NCBI GenBank assembly: GCA_963924565.1
Contig: OZ004612.1
Location: 9,610,001 to 9,674,000 of the forward strand
Reading direction: 5' to 3'
DNA: 64,000 nucleotides
Source: Ascidiella aspersa
Lineage: Eukaryota
The notes under the pieces are model-generated. The model searched no databases and was not told the DNA's origin. It was given only the letters and a program-made list of their open reading frames with translations. Each line of letters opens with the position of its first letter. Position 1 is the first letter of the stretch. The position numbers and the translations under genes are program-made. This document shows, piece after piece, positions 13,101 to 24,602 of the stretch.

Positions 13101-13829
13101 TATAAAAAAAATTAATATATACTTTTTACAGCTTCCCTTCTTAATCCAGTTTTAACTATTGATCGATCTGTACGCCGAAGAAGCATTGCTGCTGTGGAAA
13201 GTAAGTTAAAATGTGTGGGGTTTGCATCCAACAGTTTGTTTATCGCCTAATATCTATGAAAGAACTGAACAACTGGTTAAAATGTTTCAACTTCGAAAAT
13301 ACTCCTTGGTGTTCTTTTATTTATTTTTATTGGGTCAGCAATATTACCACTTCCACAAACTTATATAGGTTAAACATTTTTGTGTAGATTTCCTGTAACT
13401 CTACAGCAACCGATGCTATTGTAACCTTAAAAGCAATATTTCATTTTTAATTTCCTTTTCATCTTGGTGAACTTTATGCTAAATTTTGTTGCAGGTGTTC
13501 GTCGGCAATCAGTTAGTGTAAGAGGTCCAAACAGCATTGGCTTTACTTTAAATAGAAAAGACAGTGACATATCGAGTATAGGTAATGTATGCTGTTATGC
13601 AATCGTTTAGGCAGATTATAATTGTATGTGAGTTTTTTTTTACTTTTTAGAATCTAGTTTATATAACAGTACAGAACAACATTGTATCTTATTTTCTTGT
13701 GTTAACACTAGGTATAGTTACATTTATAACACTTGCAGTGCCTATTCTTATTCTTTAAAAATACTGCTTTTTCATCTAGGGAGTCTATACAGTGTAGGCG
13801 GGCCAGGAACACGGACAGAGAAGAAGTAA
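4140..13829 (+). CDS. CATSPERG: Cation channel sperm-associated auxiliary subunit gamma, multi-exon (e.g. 4140-4337, 4402-4479, 4687-4826, ... 11436-11566, 11950-12078, 12509-12590, 13132-13200, 13495-13581, 13780-13829)
   Basis: Signal peptide, large ectodomain and one C-terminal TM helix. Segments GCPP, FTGNYTLTIVKGG and ECRIDSPC..EFYVVIEVSNRGVDSSTNCDF..FEIHLIG resemble the CATSPERG C-terminal motif [21 protein letters not shown]..LHIHG. The junctions listed are phase-consistent; internal exons were not all traced exactly. Confidence 0.88.
9573..9981. mobile_element. Non-autonomous hAT-type MITE in a CATSPERG intron
   Basis: TIRs TAGGGCGATTA...TAATCGCCCTA; 8-bp TSD GTAATAAC/GTAATGAC (7/8 identical). 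Confidence 0.8.
12145..12467. mobile_element. Degenerate hAT-type MITE in a CATSPERG intron
   Basis: Imperfect TIRs CAGAGATCGAC...GTCTATCTCTA with subterminal CCGATA repeats; 8-bp flanks ATAAAAAG/ATGAAAAC (6/8). Confidence 0.6.
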
Positions 13830-13851
13830 CCTATTGTTTTTGTGATCTTCC

Positions 13852-13857
13852 AATAAA
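13852..13857 (+). terminator. Probable polyadenylation signal of CATSPERG
   Basis: AATAAA 22 nt after the TAA stop at 13827-13829. Confidence 0.5.
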
Positions 13858-14449
13858 ATCTGTAGCCATCACTCCAATTTAATTGTCAAGAATATCAGCA
13901 GCACTGCACCACAAACAAACGAAGGAAAACGAGTAATTTTTGCAGAAATAACAAAAGTTCCTTTAAATTAGTCACTTGATAATTGGATTGACTCACCATA
14001 ACAAGAAGTAAACTTGTCATGGTTGTGCAAAAATGAATATTGTTTGAGACCACCAAAAGTAAAGGACCTATTAATTATTTTATCCAAAAATATATAGTAT
14101 TTAAATAACAACAAACAATCCTACATGAGGTAATCCATACATTAATCTACTATTTCATTTACAAAACAAATTGCTAAATAAAAACACAAAACACAATATA
14201 AAAAAGTACTACAAGGTCATACCAAATAAAAACTAAAATCAGATTTGTACATAAGTGCTTTTAACTTGCTAAGTTTGGAACTAATAAGTAATTACAAGAA
14301 AATGCGATAAAACATCTCAGTTAAATAAAATTAAATCTTTAAAATCATCACCACAAACTTAATGAATCAACTTAAAACAACACACGCAAGATAATCGCAA
14401 ATATATGATAGACTTGCTCATTATGCCCAACTTTAAAAGATATGCTTGA

Positions 14450-15513
14450 CTATCTACTGAGCTCCATCTGAAGAATATCACCCCAATCGTCTTGAGAAAA
14501 CTTGCAAACAGAGTTCATGTTTTTAAGATCTTTAAATGAGTTAATGTTGCTGAAATCACCCTTCAGCCATTTAGACTTTTGTCGTAGAACTGCATATCGT
14601 TCAGCAACTAAATCCTAAAAAAAATCTTAGTTAAATTCTTTTAAAAAAAATCTATGATACCTATATATTGATTAGAATATAATAAAAGTAAATTAAAAAA
14701 AACACAACTGTAATTGTCTCTGTAGGTTATTAAATACTAGTCCAATATCACAATGTAGATTTCTATTTGTGTTGATTATTTTAAAACACCCCTTTGATTA
14801 CACCTTACGTTTTCTATATGGTTGTACTTCAAGCAAGTAACTAGATTTGTAAATATGTTATGTTGTGTTATGTAACTTTGCAAAACAACATTATAATATC
14901 CAAACGCCTGAAAACATTTCAACCTGAATTATGTTTAATGACTGCTGAACAGCTTTTTTGAGTTGATTAAAAACGTACTGAATTGTTTTATTTTACACAC
15001 AACATATATTAAACCTACAAATTTATTTATGTTTGCATTTACCTTCCATTGTTCTGCATGTAGACAGTTCTTTATATCACGCCTTTGTTGGCCATCAATA
15101 TTACAATACAGACTCCTCCATATACTTCTGGATGTGTTAATTAGGTCATGCCAGTTTCTAGAAACCTAAGAGAATAAATATGCATACCTACTATTTTTAC
15201 AATATTAGATAACACACATATTACTTTTGTACTAAACACTTGTCAAATAATTATATATTTAATATGGTAAAAAACCCTTAGAAAAACATGAACTAATGAC
15301 AACTAGGTTATTTCGATTTCTTAATATTGATGCAATGATAGTTTTAAAACAATTACTTTATTATGCACAACTTACTTGTGACGACGAGCAAAGACTGCAA
15401 ACATCCAACTGCTCAAAGATATCTTCAGAAAGACAACATGGCAGAAATTCTGTAAAGTCACATCTTTCAATCCGGTTTCTCCTCAACCTGTCCTCGTCAA
15501 ATTGACCAACCAT
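14450..15513 (-). CDS. FBXO48: F-box only protein 48-like, 141 aa (exons 15513-15376, 15165-15043, 14614-14450)
   Basis: Spliced protein has an F-box (DFTEFLP..LSEDIFEQLDVCSLCSSSQVSRNWHDLI..IWR) and the FBXO48-type C-terminus KWLKGDFSNINSF..VCKFSQDDWGDILQMELSR. Both introns are phase 0 GT-AG. Missed by the ORF track because the exons are short. Confidence 0.85.
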
Positions 15514-15900
15514 GATTAAGAAATTGGTAAAGTTAGTTCGGAAGACAAGTTCAACTTAGTTACCGGTCACCGAACTTTACTGTTATTGTGTACAACAGTC
15601 GTTTTGTTTATTATGATTTATCAGCTGATTGCCTTTTAAAAATGACGTCATAAACGACCTATTAAACTATATCCTCACTCGGTTTCACGTAAAACGTTAG
15701 GTGATTGCAAATTCATGTCGTCAAAGAATTTTCTTTACAAACCTTTTTTTTTAGTTGTTTATATATAAATATTATACATAATGAAATGCATACAAAGTTA
15801 TTTTTCATTAAAAAATGTTTAGTGTTTCTATGTCGCAACTCTAAAACAATTTATTTATAACCAAAAAGAAGTGGGCTCTCGTGATCAAGTAAGGTTTGCT
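15514..15900. promoter_or_regulatory. Probable bidirectional promoter between FBXO48 and VTA1, with a full CRE
   Basis: Head-to-head gene arrangement, local CpG enrichment, ATGACGTCAT at 15642-15651. Confidence 0.4.
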
Positions 15901-17061
15901 TTTAAGCAGCTGGTTGGTTTGAAGTTACATTATTGAAGAATGAAATTTAACCGAATAAATAAGTTGCCAGCTATAAAGTTGAAGTTTAAAATACTTGGAC
16001 ATATCCTTTACAAAGCCATCGAAACCACAAAAGCATTTACACCTGTATAACAGTTAGTTAAAGATAACCTTGTTTTATACATCTATTTTTAATAATGCGT
16101 TCTCTGATAAGACCTGAAGCTAGATATTTTTTCGTTTGGCTATACACAACTAAATTACTTACTCGTTGAAGAGCAAGTTTATGTTATGGTCTGCCTGTTA
16201 AACATTTAGATTGAAATAACTATGTATACATAACCTGGGAGTGAAAGTGACAATTTACCCGGTATGATTGCGTCTGCATACAATCATTGGTAATAAAACA
16301 TTGATTTGGTTAGAGTTTGGGTATTATTGAATTTAATTTATCTCAAATTTTTGTTATTTTACATGATTAATTTCCTAGTTGATTTGAATTACTTTTTTAG
16401 CTGGGTAAATAGCTTTAGAAAATGCATATTGACCGTTAGTGATTACATATCAATTTAAATTAGTTTTTAGTACAGGTAATTGACCTCTTTCTATTTTTAA
16501 TCTTAAACCTATGACCATTATAACCTAAACCTTTTTATGTTTTCTGGTGTGTTTGTCTCCTCGCCCAAACTTAATTCTAAATTTTCCATGTTAATTTTGT
16601 ATTCTTAACTTCAGACTGGAAACACATCAACTCGTTATTGACAAATTTAAAATTAATTTTAGAATTCTTGTTATAAAACAACTAATATGGCTAGAATGTC
16701 AGATGTTTTAAAGAATATATAAGAATTGTTATGCGATAGGTATTTCTATAATCTATAAAATGTTTCTGGTATTAAAAAAAGTCTGTTTCATTTATTTGTG
16801 ATATACTTTATAATTTATTGTGATTCTGATTGGAGAAACATCCTAGTTGAATCTCTATATATTTGTGGAAACAAACTAGTTAAAACTTTAACCATGGCAA
16901 AAATTATTTTGGTGTCAAAATGACATAGTATGAGATAAATACTGATGCTTTGACTCAGTGGATATTACTTGATATCTCTGCTGACATGTGCCCTTTTTAT
17001 TTGTACAGATAATCTAAAACTGCAGTCATAAGTGTTTGACCCGAGGTTAAAAAAGTCTGAA

Positions 17062-17913
17062 ATGGAGGAAATTCTTGCTGTTCCACCTTTCCTTAAAGCA
17101 ATCCGACCTTATATTAAAGTCGGCATTGAAATATTTAAAAGAGACCCTGTTGTTTCTTACCACTGTTACTACTATGCAATGAAAGCTGGCCTTAAAACCA
17201 ACTACAAGCAGAGTCCTGAAGCAAAGCAGTACCTTACAAAGCTCATGGATTATCAGGAGACCATACATAGCGACTTGAAGGTAAATCCAGATTATGCCGA
17301 GGGTTTAACTGATGACATGACCGGCCAAGCTTGTGTTGAAGAAGCTGCTATGAAGCTCTTTGCATGGGCTGACAGCCAAGATCGCAACAAGGTCTTCAAC
17401 AAGCAGGTGGTGAAAAGCTTCTACACTGCATCTGTGCTGTTTGATGTGATGACCATCTTCAATGAGCCTGTCTCAGAGGAGTCCAAGACACAGCAGAAGT
17501 ATGCTAGGTGGAAGGCAACCTACATTCACAACTGCCTTAAAAACAATCAGACTCCGGTTTCCGGACCTATTGGTGGTGATGAGGAAGATGATACAGCAAA
17601 CAATCAAGTCGGTGACTACAATGAGCCCTCTACTTCCTACAATGCTGGTCCCTCTTACAATTCAGAAGCACCTGCTCAACCCACAGCAGCCCCAAGAAAA
17701 TCGGCTGCCGTTGCACCAGAACCAGCTGCAACTCAGTATGTTGAAGAGCCGGCACCAGATTTGAGTGCAGGCAGTAGTCTGACACATAAGGACTTTCAAG
17801 AAGCTGAGAAGATGTGCAAGTACGCCGGGAGCGCACTGCAGTACAAAGATGTTAAAACAGCGACGGAGTTGCTAGAGAAATGCCTGAGACTTTTGAAAAC
17901 AGGTCATCAGTGA
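17062..17913 (+). CDS. VTA1: Vacuolar protein sorting-associated protein VTA1 (LIP5), intronless CDS
   Basis: N-terminal MIT region (PPFLKAIRPYI..RDPVVSYHC..VVKSFYTAS..KYARWKATYIHNCLKN) and C-terminal VSL domain (EAEKMCKYAGSALQYKDVKTA..L). First ATG at 17062, preceded by a splice acceptor TTTGTACAG ending at 17008. Confidence 0.95.
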   Translation: MEEILAVPPFLKAIRPYIKVGIEIFKRDPVVSYHCYYYAMKAGLKTNYKQSPEAKQYLTKLMDYQETIHSDLKVNPDYAEGLTDDMTGQACVEEAAMKLFAWADSQDRNKVFNKQVVKSFYTASVLFDVMTIFNEPVSEESKTQQKYARWKATYIHNCLKNNQTPVSGPIGGDEEDDTANNQVGDYNEPSTSYNAGPSYNSEAPAQPTAAPRKSAAVAPEPAATQYVEEPAPDLSAGSSLTHKDFQEAEKMCKYAGSALQYKDVKTATELLEKCLRLLKTGHQ

Positions 17914-18488
17914 AGGAGAAATGGCCTGTTTAGTCTTGAACGCAGAATATTAGTTCACTGTTTAAGAAACTGTGGTACTTTTAATGGAACTGAGTGACCT
18001 TTGTTAAATACTGTACATGGTTATATATATATTCCAGTGTCAGTAATTTTTAACCATTACTGGAAGAGCTGTCTTTTAGTTACATTACTGATTTACTAAC
18101 CTGACAACATTTTTACATGATTTTTTATTGCTTTTGTTAAGTAATGAATACAACATGATAAATGCAACTATGCAAAAGAACAATAATTGCTTATGTCCAA
18201 ACAGAACCAGCTCTCCAGCCTACTTTAAATTATATATATTTTGTGGAGTCTTGTAATAACATACAACTTAAAGTGAAAATGTATGTTACTTTAATATGTA
18301 TAATTACAATCTTAGAAAATAAACATAAGCATTTACGTAAAACAATTAGCCTGAAAAAAGTTTAAATTAAATCAATTTTTAGTTTATATACTTGCACAGT
18401 TGTGAGATTACCACCACCTTATGAAATATAGCATTTACATGAAAATATAAAATAAAAGGTTGCATTTAGTAAACCCCACATGCCTTAA

Positions 18489-19723
18489 AGGGGTTCCTAA
18501 CCTGTGGTAAGCGAGTAGCTTCCGTTTTTTTACCAAATAAATTCCTGAAGCCTATTCATCGTTGCTTAACTATCCCTGTTGTTTCGTACTATTACGATCT
18601 TCAAAATACAGGTCAACAAGGAGCACACTTGCTTTAAAAAGATGTACAACGCCGTGGGATAGTGGGCGTTAATTATGTCAAATGGTTGCTTGCGTTATTC
18701 AATGCCAATTGTGAGCTAAATAGATAAAAATATGATTTAATCAAAAAAGTTGTTCTACATCCACTGGTTCTCAACTGGGGGGCACGTCCCCCTAGAGGGA
18801 GGCCAAGCAATTCTTAGGTGGGCGCAAGCTCTACTTAAATATTCAACTTTTTATGATGATTTTATCAGTTTCATGTTTTGTTAGTTATTAAATCTGATTG
18901 TATGCTGCCATATGCATAATATTAAAATTACCCATGTTTGAAAAGGAACTGTGAAAAAAAATGATTCATAATTTTGCGATTTATGAACTTTGAGGCTACT
19001 CATGTTTTAATAAAGTTTCTCGAATTTTGGGACAATATTTGCTACTTATTACGGCCAATTGGGACTGTGTTTAGTCACAACAGTATTATATGATTGAAGA
19101 AGATCTAAGTTGTGCACCATGCCACCCTCTCCACAAACTGTGTTTTGTCAATTTTAAAAACAAAACTACAAAAATTTTTTGTAATTCACGCAAACTACAA
19201 AATACTTTTTTTGCGCATCACCAATTGTGCGGAACTCAGACTTTATGCGCCAATTTGTAATGTTATTCGCAGTAAATAGACTTTGCATTGTGGGTCATCA
19301 AACTTTTTAAAACACTATTACCGCAATGTTTTATTTTTTCATGACATGTCTGGTAAAATCAGTTCGATGTAAACCAATATATCAAGCACGAGCAACTTTT
19401 TTGTGTCTCCCAAATTAAAGTTTAGCTTCGGACAATACAAACAAAATAAACGCAATTTTTTCGCGCTTCTCGACACAAGGAGTTGACTTTTCTATTTTCA
19501 TGCTGGATTTAAAAAACACCAAATTTATTTTAGAATTATTGTTTAATATCTAAGGAGGGCGCAAGGCACAGAACAATTTCCGAAGGGGGCGCGGTAAAAA
19601 AAAGGTTAAAAACCACTGTTGTAAAAGAAGTGGTGACATGGCAGTACAGAACGACCAAGTGGTACGCATGGCAGTACAGAATGTCCAAGTGTTACGAGAT
19701 CGTAAAAAGGTTGGGAATCCCTG
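18489..19723. mobile_element. hAT-type non-autonomous element (outer), interrupted by a second element
   Basis: Ends AGGGGTTCCTAACC...GGTTGGGAATCCCTG. CCTTAAAG lies at both flanks (18483-18490 and 19724-19731); the left end is slightly eroded. Confidence 0.7.
18762..19618. mobile_element. hAT-type non-autonomous element (inner, nested)
   Basis: TIRs CACTGGTTCTCAAC...GGTTAAAAACCACTG with GGGGGGCA/GGGGGCGC subterminal motifs. TSD not clearly preserved. Confidence 0.65.
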
Positions 19724-20444
19724 CCTTAAAGTTTAGGTTGTGATCTATGTACTTTTTGGTAGTATACCAATGTATACACACATTTTTTAAGATTTTTGAT
19801 ACAGATATATAATGAACAAATGTACCTGGATAAGGTTTTATCCTAATTTAAAAAAATGTAATTTGTTAGGTACTACAAACGGATGAGTAGAAGACTTTTC
19901 TGATCCAGAACATGCAATAAAAAGTCTCGGTCATTCACAATATGAAGATCTCTAATTGAATAAAACTGGTTGAAATAACAACGGTATTAACATTTACGAA
20001 TAAAAAGCTTGTAAAAAAGGTTTCAATCAGCACAGCATAAAGATATTGCCACTCTCACACTTCAACAAGTGTTTTCTATGACTTGATACAAATCATGTTT
20101 GTCGTTGTGATGAAACTTGGCATCCAGGTTAAGGTTCAACTTCCTAAAAAATGGGAAATAAAGAGGGGTATTATTATTTTTGGTAAAGTACAGATATTTG
20201 ATAGCAAGGTGAATAAATGTGGAATTGACATAAAAAAGTTTGTCTTTTTTGTTCATTTATTCATACACATTGGGTAACAATGAACCCACATCTTGTTGGG
20301 ACAAATAAAATGAGAAAGATAACATACATTTAATGTTTTCACTTATGGTGCCTCTATGGTTGATATCATATGTGGTCTGATAATTTAAAAATACCAATCA
20401 ATAATAAAAGAGTCACATATTTTTTTTTAGCAATTTGATATAAC

Positions 20445-20711
20445 CTTTAAATGCAACTGAATGTTCTTGGTAACCTCCAAAAGTTGTGGTTGGTCATTTA
20501 AAGTTGCTGAAAAAACGCTTGGCGCAATCTCCAAATCTTTTTCTTGCACTTCGGGCTTGTGATTGAGTAAGGCAGTCATGAAATGCAGCTGACTGGTTTG
20601 CTCCAACTTAGCCATTGCGTTAGGGTAAGTACCCCTCATATGTGCCACGTCGTTTTCCAAATCCCGGATATTGCTTTGTCTCAAGATCTCATGCATCTTT
20701 TCTTTCTCCAT
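20445..20711 (-). CDS. Unidentified putative coding exon (~89 aa, helical composition)
   Basis: GC-elevated ORF MEKEKMHEILRQSNIRDLENDVAHMRGTYPNAMAKLEQTSQLHFMTALL...LHLK ending at an AAG/GT donor. No family recognised. Confidence 0.3.
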
Positions 20712-20884
20712 AATAGATTGCAGATTACACAATGATCCAAATAACCACTGACACAGTATGTCACATGGAGTGGATTGTACAAAGCAACTCACCTGGGACC
20801 AAATTTGTGGCGATTAAATAATGTAAATTTTGATATGATTTGTTGCCTTGAAAACTGTTTCTTTCTTTTATTATTATACTCTAA

Positions 20885-21108
20885 AGGCCCATTTACACTA
20901 CAGCTGCACTGAGCTGCGCTGGGCGTGAAATTTTTTTCACTACAGCTGCAGTGAGCTGCGGGTGGGCGTAAAAATCGCTCCAAACGTAACGTTTTTCTAT
21001 AGCTACATGGGGCTTGGATTTAGCAAAGCGTGGAACGCTCGCCACAATAGAATTTAAATGCAAATTACGCTTTGCTCAGCTCAGTGCAGCTGTAGTGTAA
21101 ACGGGCCT
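20885..21108. mobile_element. PIF/Harbinger-type MITE, copy 1
   Basis: ~32-bp TIRs AGGCCC(A/G)TTTACACTACAGCTGCACTGAGCTG; 3-bp TSD TAA; second copy at 29970-30220. Confidence 0.85.
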
Positions 21109-22179
21109 TAAGATGAAAAATTCTTTTTGATATACAGTTGATCGAAAAAATACTTTTAAACGTTCAAAGATTTTGTGTTAACTTTACTAATAAATTTTAT
21201 TTCTTCTCTAAAATTTACACAAAACAAAAGTTTTGTAAAACATATTAAGTAAACTCTTTTATAAGGATGTGGCTCGAGATATGAGATATACAATTCACTT
21301 GCGCTCTTAAACAGTACTAAAAAATTATAATTTAAATTTACAAACCAATAAATCGTTATTGAACCAATCTGGACAAGTTTTGCAAACAGTTTACCTTCTG
21401 CCAACACTTTTTAAGTTTGTTTCTTTTTTGTATTATGTTTTTAGATAATTTGCTTAAAGTTCATTCAAGCGGGACTATTTTACTGCTGGAGTAATCAAGC
21501 GTAAATATTTATTATTTATGAATCCCAATGGCGCCGTTCAAACTTGGCGCCCGCAAATGTCGGCACCAAAACGGCCATTGGCCCTTTATCGTCCCATACC
21601 CTCACCCTACAGTTTAAGTGGTTATTTTGCCTTTAAGGCCTTATTCCGATGAATTTAGGACTTGTTCCTACAGGTTTACGTGTTATTCAGACGATTTTAT
21701 TTAGATCGTAATATGTCTTGGATATTATTGTGTATTTGGCTTTATTAGTACGAATCAATTATACATAATTCTCTTATGGGCAGTGTTGCTCTGTGATCTG
21801 GTTGTGTGTTCCCGTAAACTAAACACCACCACAAAACAAAAACAACTTTGCAGCCGCGGTGCTGCATGCTTATCTTTTTAGGCTAACAAGTGGCACATTT
21901 GGAAATATTTCAGGCGGAACTGACCATTTTTAGAGCTGTTTTTGACATCAAGTTGAAAATGGAGAATTTTAATTATAACAACGGAAATTCTACGGAAAAA
22001 TAAAAGTTGCAAACCTGCGTAATATTTTTTAAATATTTAACCAGGGGACCGTGAAAGGTTGGCAACGCTGGTTTACAATAAGTACAGTATGTTTCTTACA
22101 GTGTGCTGTCGCTGCGCGTTTCGTACGTTTTTCGCAGTGGAAAAAAATACAAAAAAGCTAAATACGATTCCTAATTAGA

Positions 22180-22369
22180 AATTAGGGCGCTGCTCAAGAA
22201 TGCTACCACAACCAATTGATTGGGATAGGGTGTGAGTTAACGTTTGGGTGTTGGTAGGTTACGAAATATTAATAAATAATATTGCTTAACCCACCCTAGC
22301 CCAAATATTTTGCCTTGCATTAAAAATTGTTTCAACGCTGTGGTAGGATTCCAGACCAGCGCCGAAATT
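22180..22369. mobile_element. Small degenerate foldback/MITE-like element; related copy at ~22793-22932
   Basis: Inverted ends GGCGCTG..GAATGCTACCACA / TGTGGTAGGATTC..CAGCGCC. The right end and internal GGGTTAGGGT/GGGTGGGTTAAG motifs recur at 22850-22932. Confidence 0.5.
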
Positions 22370-23395
22370 AGAATTATATGCTGCGATGGGCGTTGAAGCA
22401 TTTAACGTTTGGAAATTTATTGAGGAATGTTTTTTTGATGCATAACGAAAGTTGCGTCTGTTATTTTCTCGCTTTGTACACCGTTTTGAAAGGAAATTAG
22501 TTAATAAGTTTTTATGTTTACGTTTGCATAACAATGTTTCGTCTCCTACTTGTTATGGTGTATGCGTCCTACACAGTATGCTCATTTATTTTCTAATTTT
22601 ATTTTAATTAAATGTTTTGACCTTTTTTGATAATCGTTCAATCAAACATTAGCTTTTTACAATAGTAGAAACGTTTTTTTAGAATTACTACATTATCAGT
22701 GATAACGATAAACTGCATTTACAACTACCTGAAGTTTTTAAGAGTTAATGGGACTTTCTACCTGGTTTTTTAGGTTTGCAAGGTGAGATATCGGCGCTGA
22801 ATTCTTCAACAGCGTTCAAACAATTATTATTAATCTTCAGCACAATATTTGGGTTAGGGTGCGGGTTAGCACTTGGGTGTGGGTGGGTTAAGTATTATTA
22901 AATGAGGGTTGTGGTAGGATTCTAGACCAGCACTAAGTGATCTAAATGGCCTTAAATATTGTGCGTTGCGATAAGCAGTATTTGTAGATCGTACCGTTTT
23001 TTTGCGTTACTTTCTATGTTTTGATACCAATTCCAAAGAGCCCCGCCAAGTGATAGTATATATGGGTCACCACGAAAAGTATGGCAAGTGCATCCGCAAT
23101 TTGTTTTTAACAGACCTGGGCTGCACCCCTAGAAAATGAATATGCACCCGCTGTCCCATATGATATATTATCAGGGTGCACTTTTTAACCTTTGTAGCAA
23201 TATTTTTAGACTGTACACCCGATAGATCTTGTCGAAATCTGCCATACTTCATGACGGGTTAATGGGATGTATGATCAGACCGGAGATGTTGAATCACTAA
23301 AGTTTGACACAAGTTGTGTTGATGTATATTTGATGGGTGCTGGTTTAAATCCTAGAACATTTTTTTTACTTTATATATATATATATATATATATT

Positions 23396-23953
23396 CCAGG
23401 TTGGAAAGTTTGGCCTGCGCGGGGATTTATCAGCCGCGCAAATCTAACTCGAGCAAACGCGCAAAACTTCAGCCGCATAAACTTCTGTATGAAACTTAAC
23501 CAGCACAAAAAAATTGGCGGGCCGCATACTGAAGTTGCATAACATTTTTAACGCTAGTCTATAAGACGTATATAATATAATGCATCATATAGAATCCCCT
23601 GCAAAACGCTAAAATTGCACAGTTCGGCGTTTTGGTCACGCATCAGTGGACAACGGTCATGTGCATAGTGACATCAAATTAGGCAAGAGTAATATTGCAT
23701 ATTAAATGCTACAATATCCAGCTTTTTAAATATTTACCTGCGCACTGCGCCCGCACACCAACCAAAAATTGTGCAATGATTCAAGTATTCTATTAACGCT
23801 GTAAGTTTAATATAAATTCGCAATTTACAACTTTCCGTAGCCTGATGGTCTATTTTCAGCTGTGCAATTTCAAGTCGAAATTTTATTTTCAGCCGCGCAT
23901 TTTTTCAGATGCAAAACATCTCCCCCGCGCAATATCCAAAGTTTCCAATCTGG
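23396..23953. mobile_element. MITE with 18-bp TIRs inserted in a (TA)n tract
   Basis: CCAGGTTGGAAAGTTTGG...CCAAAGTTTCCAATCTGG; TATATATT on both flanks; internal CAGCCGCGCA repeats; (TA)n microsatellite at ~23372-23394. Confidence 0.75.
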
Positions 23954-24602
23954 TATATATTTGTATACAGAAACAAAACAACTTGTCAATGCTGGGGAAT
24001 TTAGCCTAAACTCTGTTGGGCATAAAATATTTTTTGGCGGGGTTTATAGCATTGCTAACATTATATATATCTGTTAGAATTAAGTAAAGTATTATTATGT
24101 TTTTATTATCTCAAATTTATTTTTCTTTTGCAATTTTAATTTTGGCAATTCATTTTGGTACTGTACCTTTTGATACGGTAAAAAAATTGGCAGGGTTCTG
24201 GACCAGTGCTGTTTAGTTCCACACAAATGTTATCTATCATTTGCATAATATTGTGATAATTGTGATAAAGTTTCCTGCGTAGACTTAGTAGCACATATCC
24301 CTCATTAAGTTGATTTGAATAAGGAGTATAATTTAAACAGTTGATTGACTTTGCTGTTTAAAGAACCTATTGGTATTTTATTTTTGCACACCATCTCCAG
24401 ATTATGGAGTAGAGTATATCCTGTTTTACACATACCTTATGTTATTTTAATTGCTTGAAATTTTTTATGTTAATAGCCTAGGTTTTTATCAAAATATTAT
24501 TATTGGCCACTGTTGAAATAAGATAAAGTCCTGATAGTTTTGCCCGTATCACTAATTCACAAGACAGTTTCTCAAGTACTCCACTACATCAATGTGCCAG
24601 TA

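Noticed and set aside
17032-17061. GTG-started N-terminal extension of VTA1 in the ORF track
   Set aside because: Eukaryotic gene; homology starts near the first ATG at 17062.
24313-24323. ATTTGAATAAG resembling the end of the Ciona spliced leader
   Set aside because: Only 11 nt match and it is not followed by the GT donor of an SL RNA gene.
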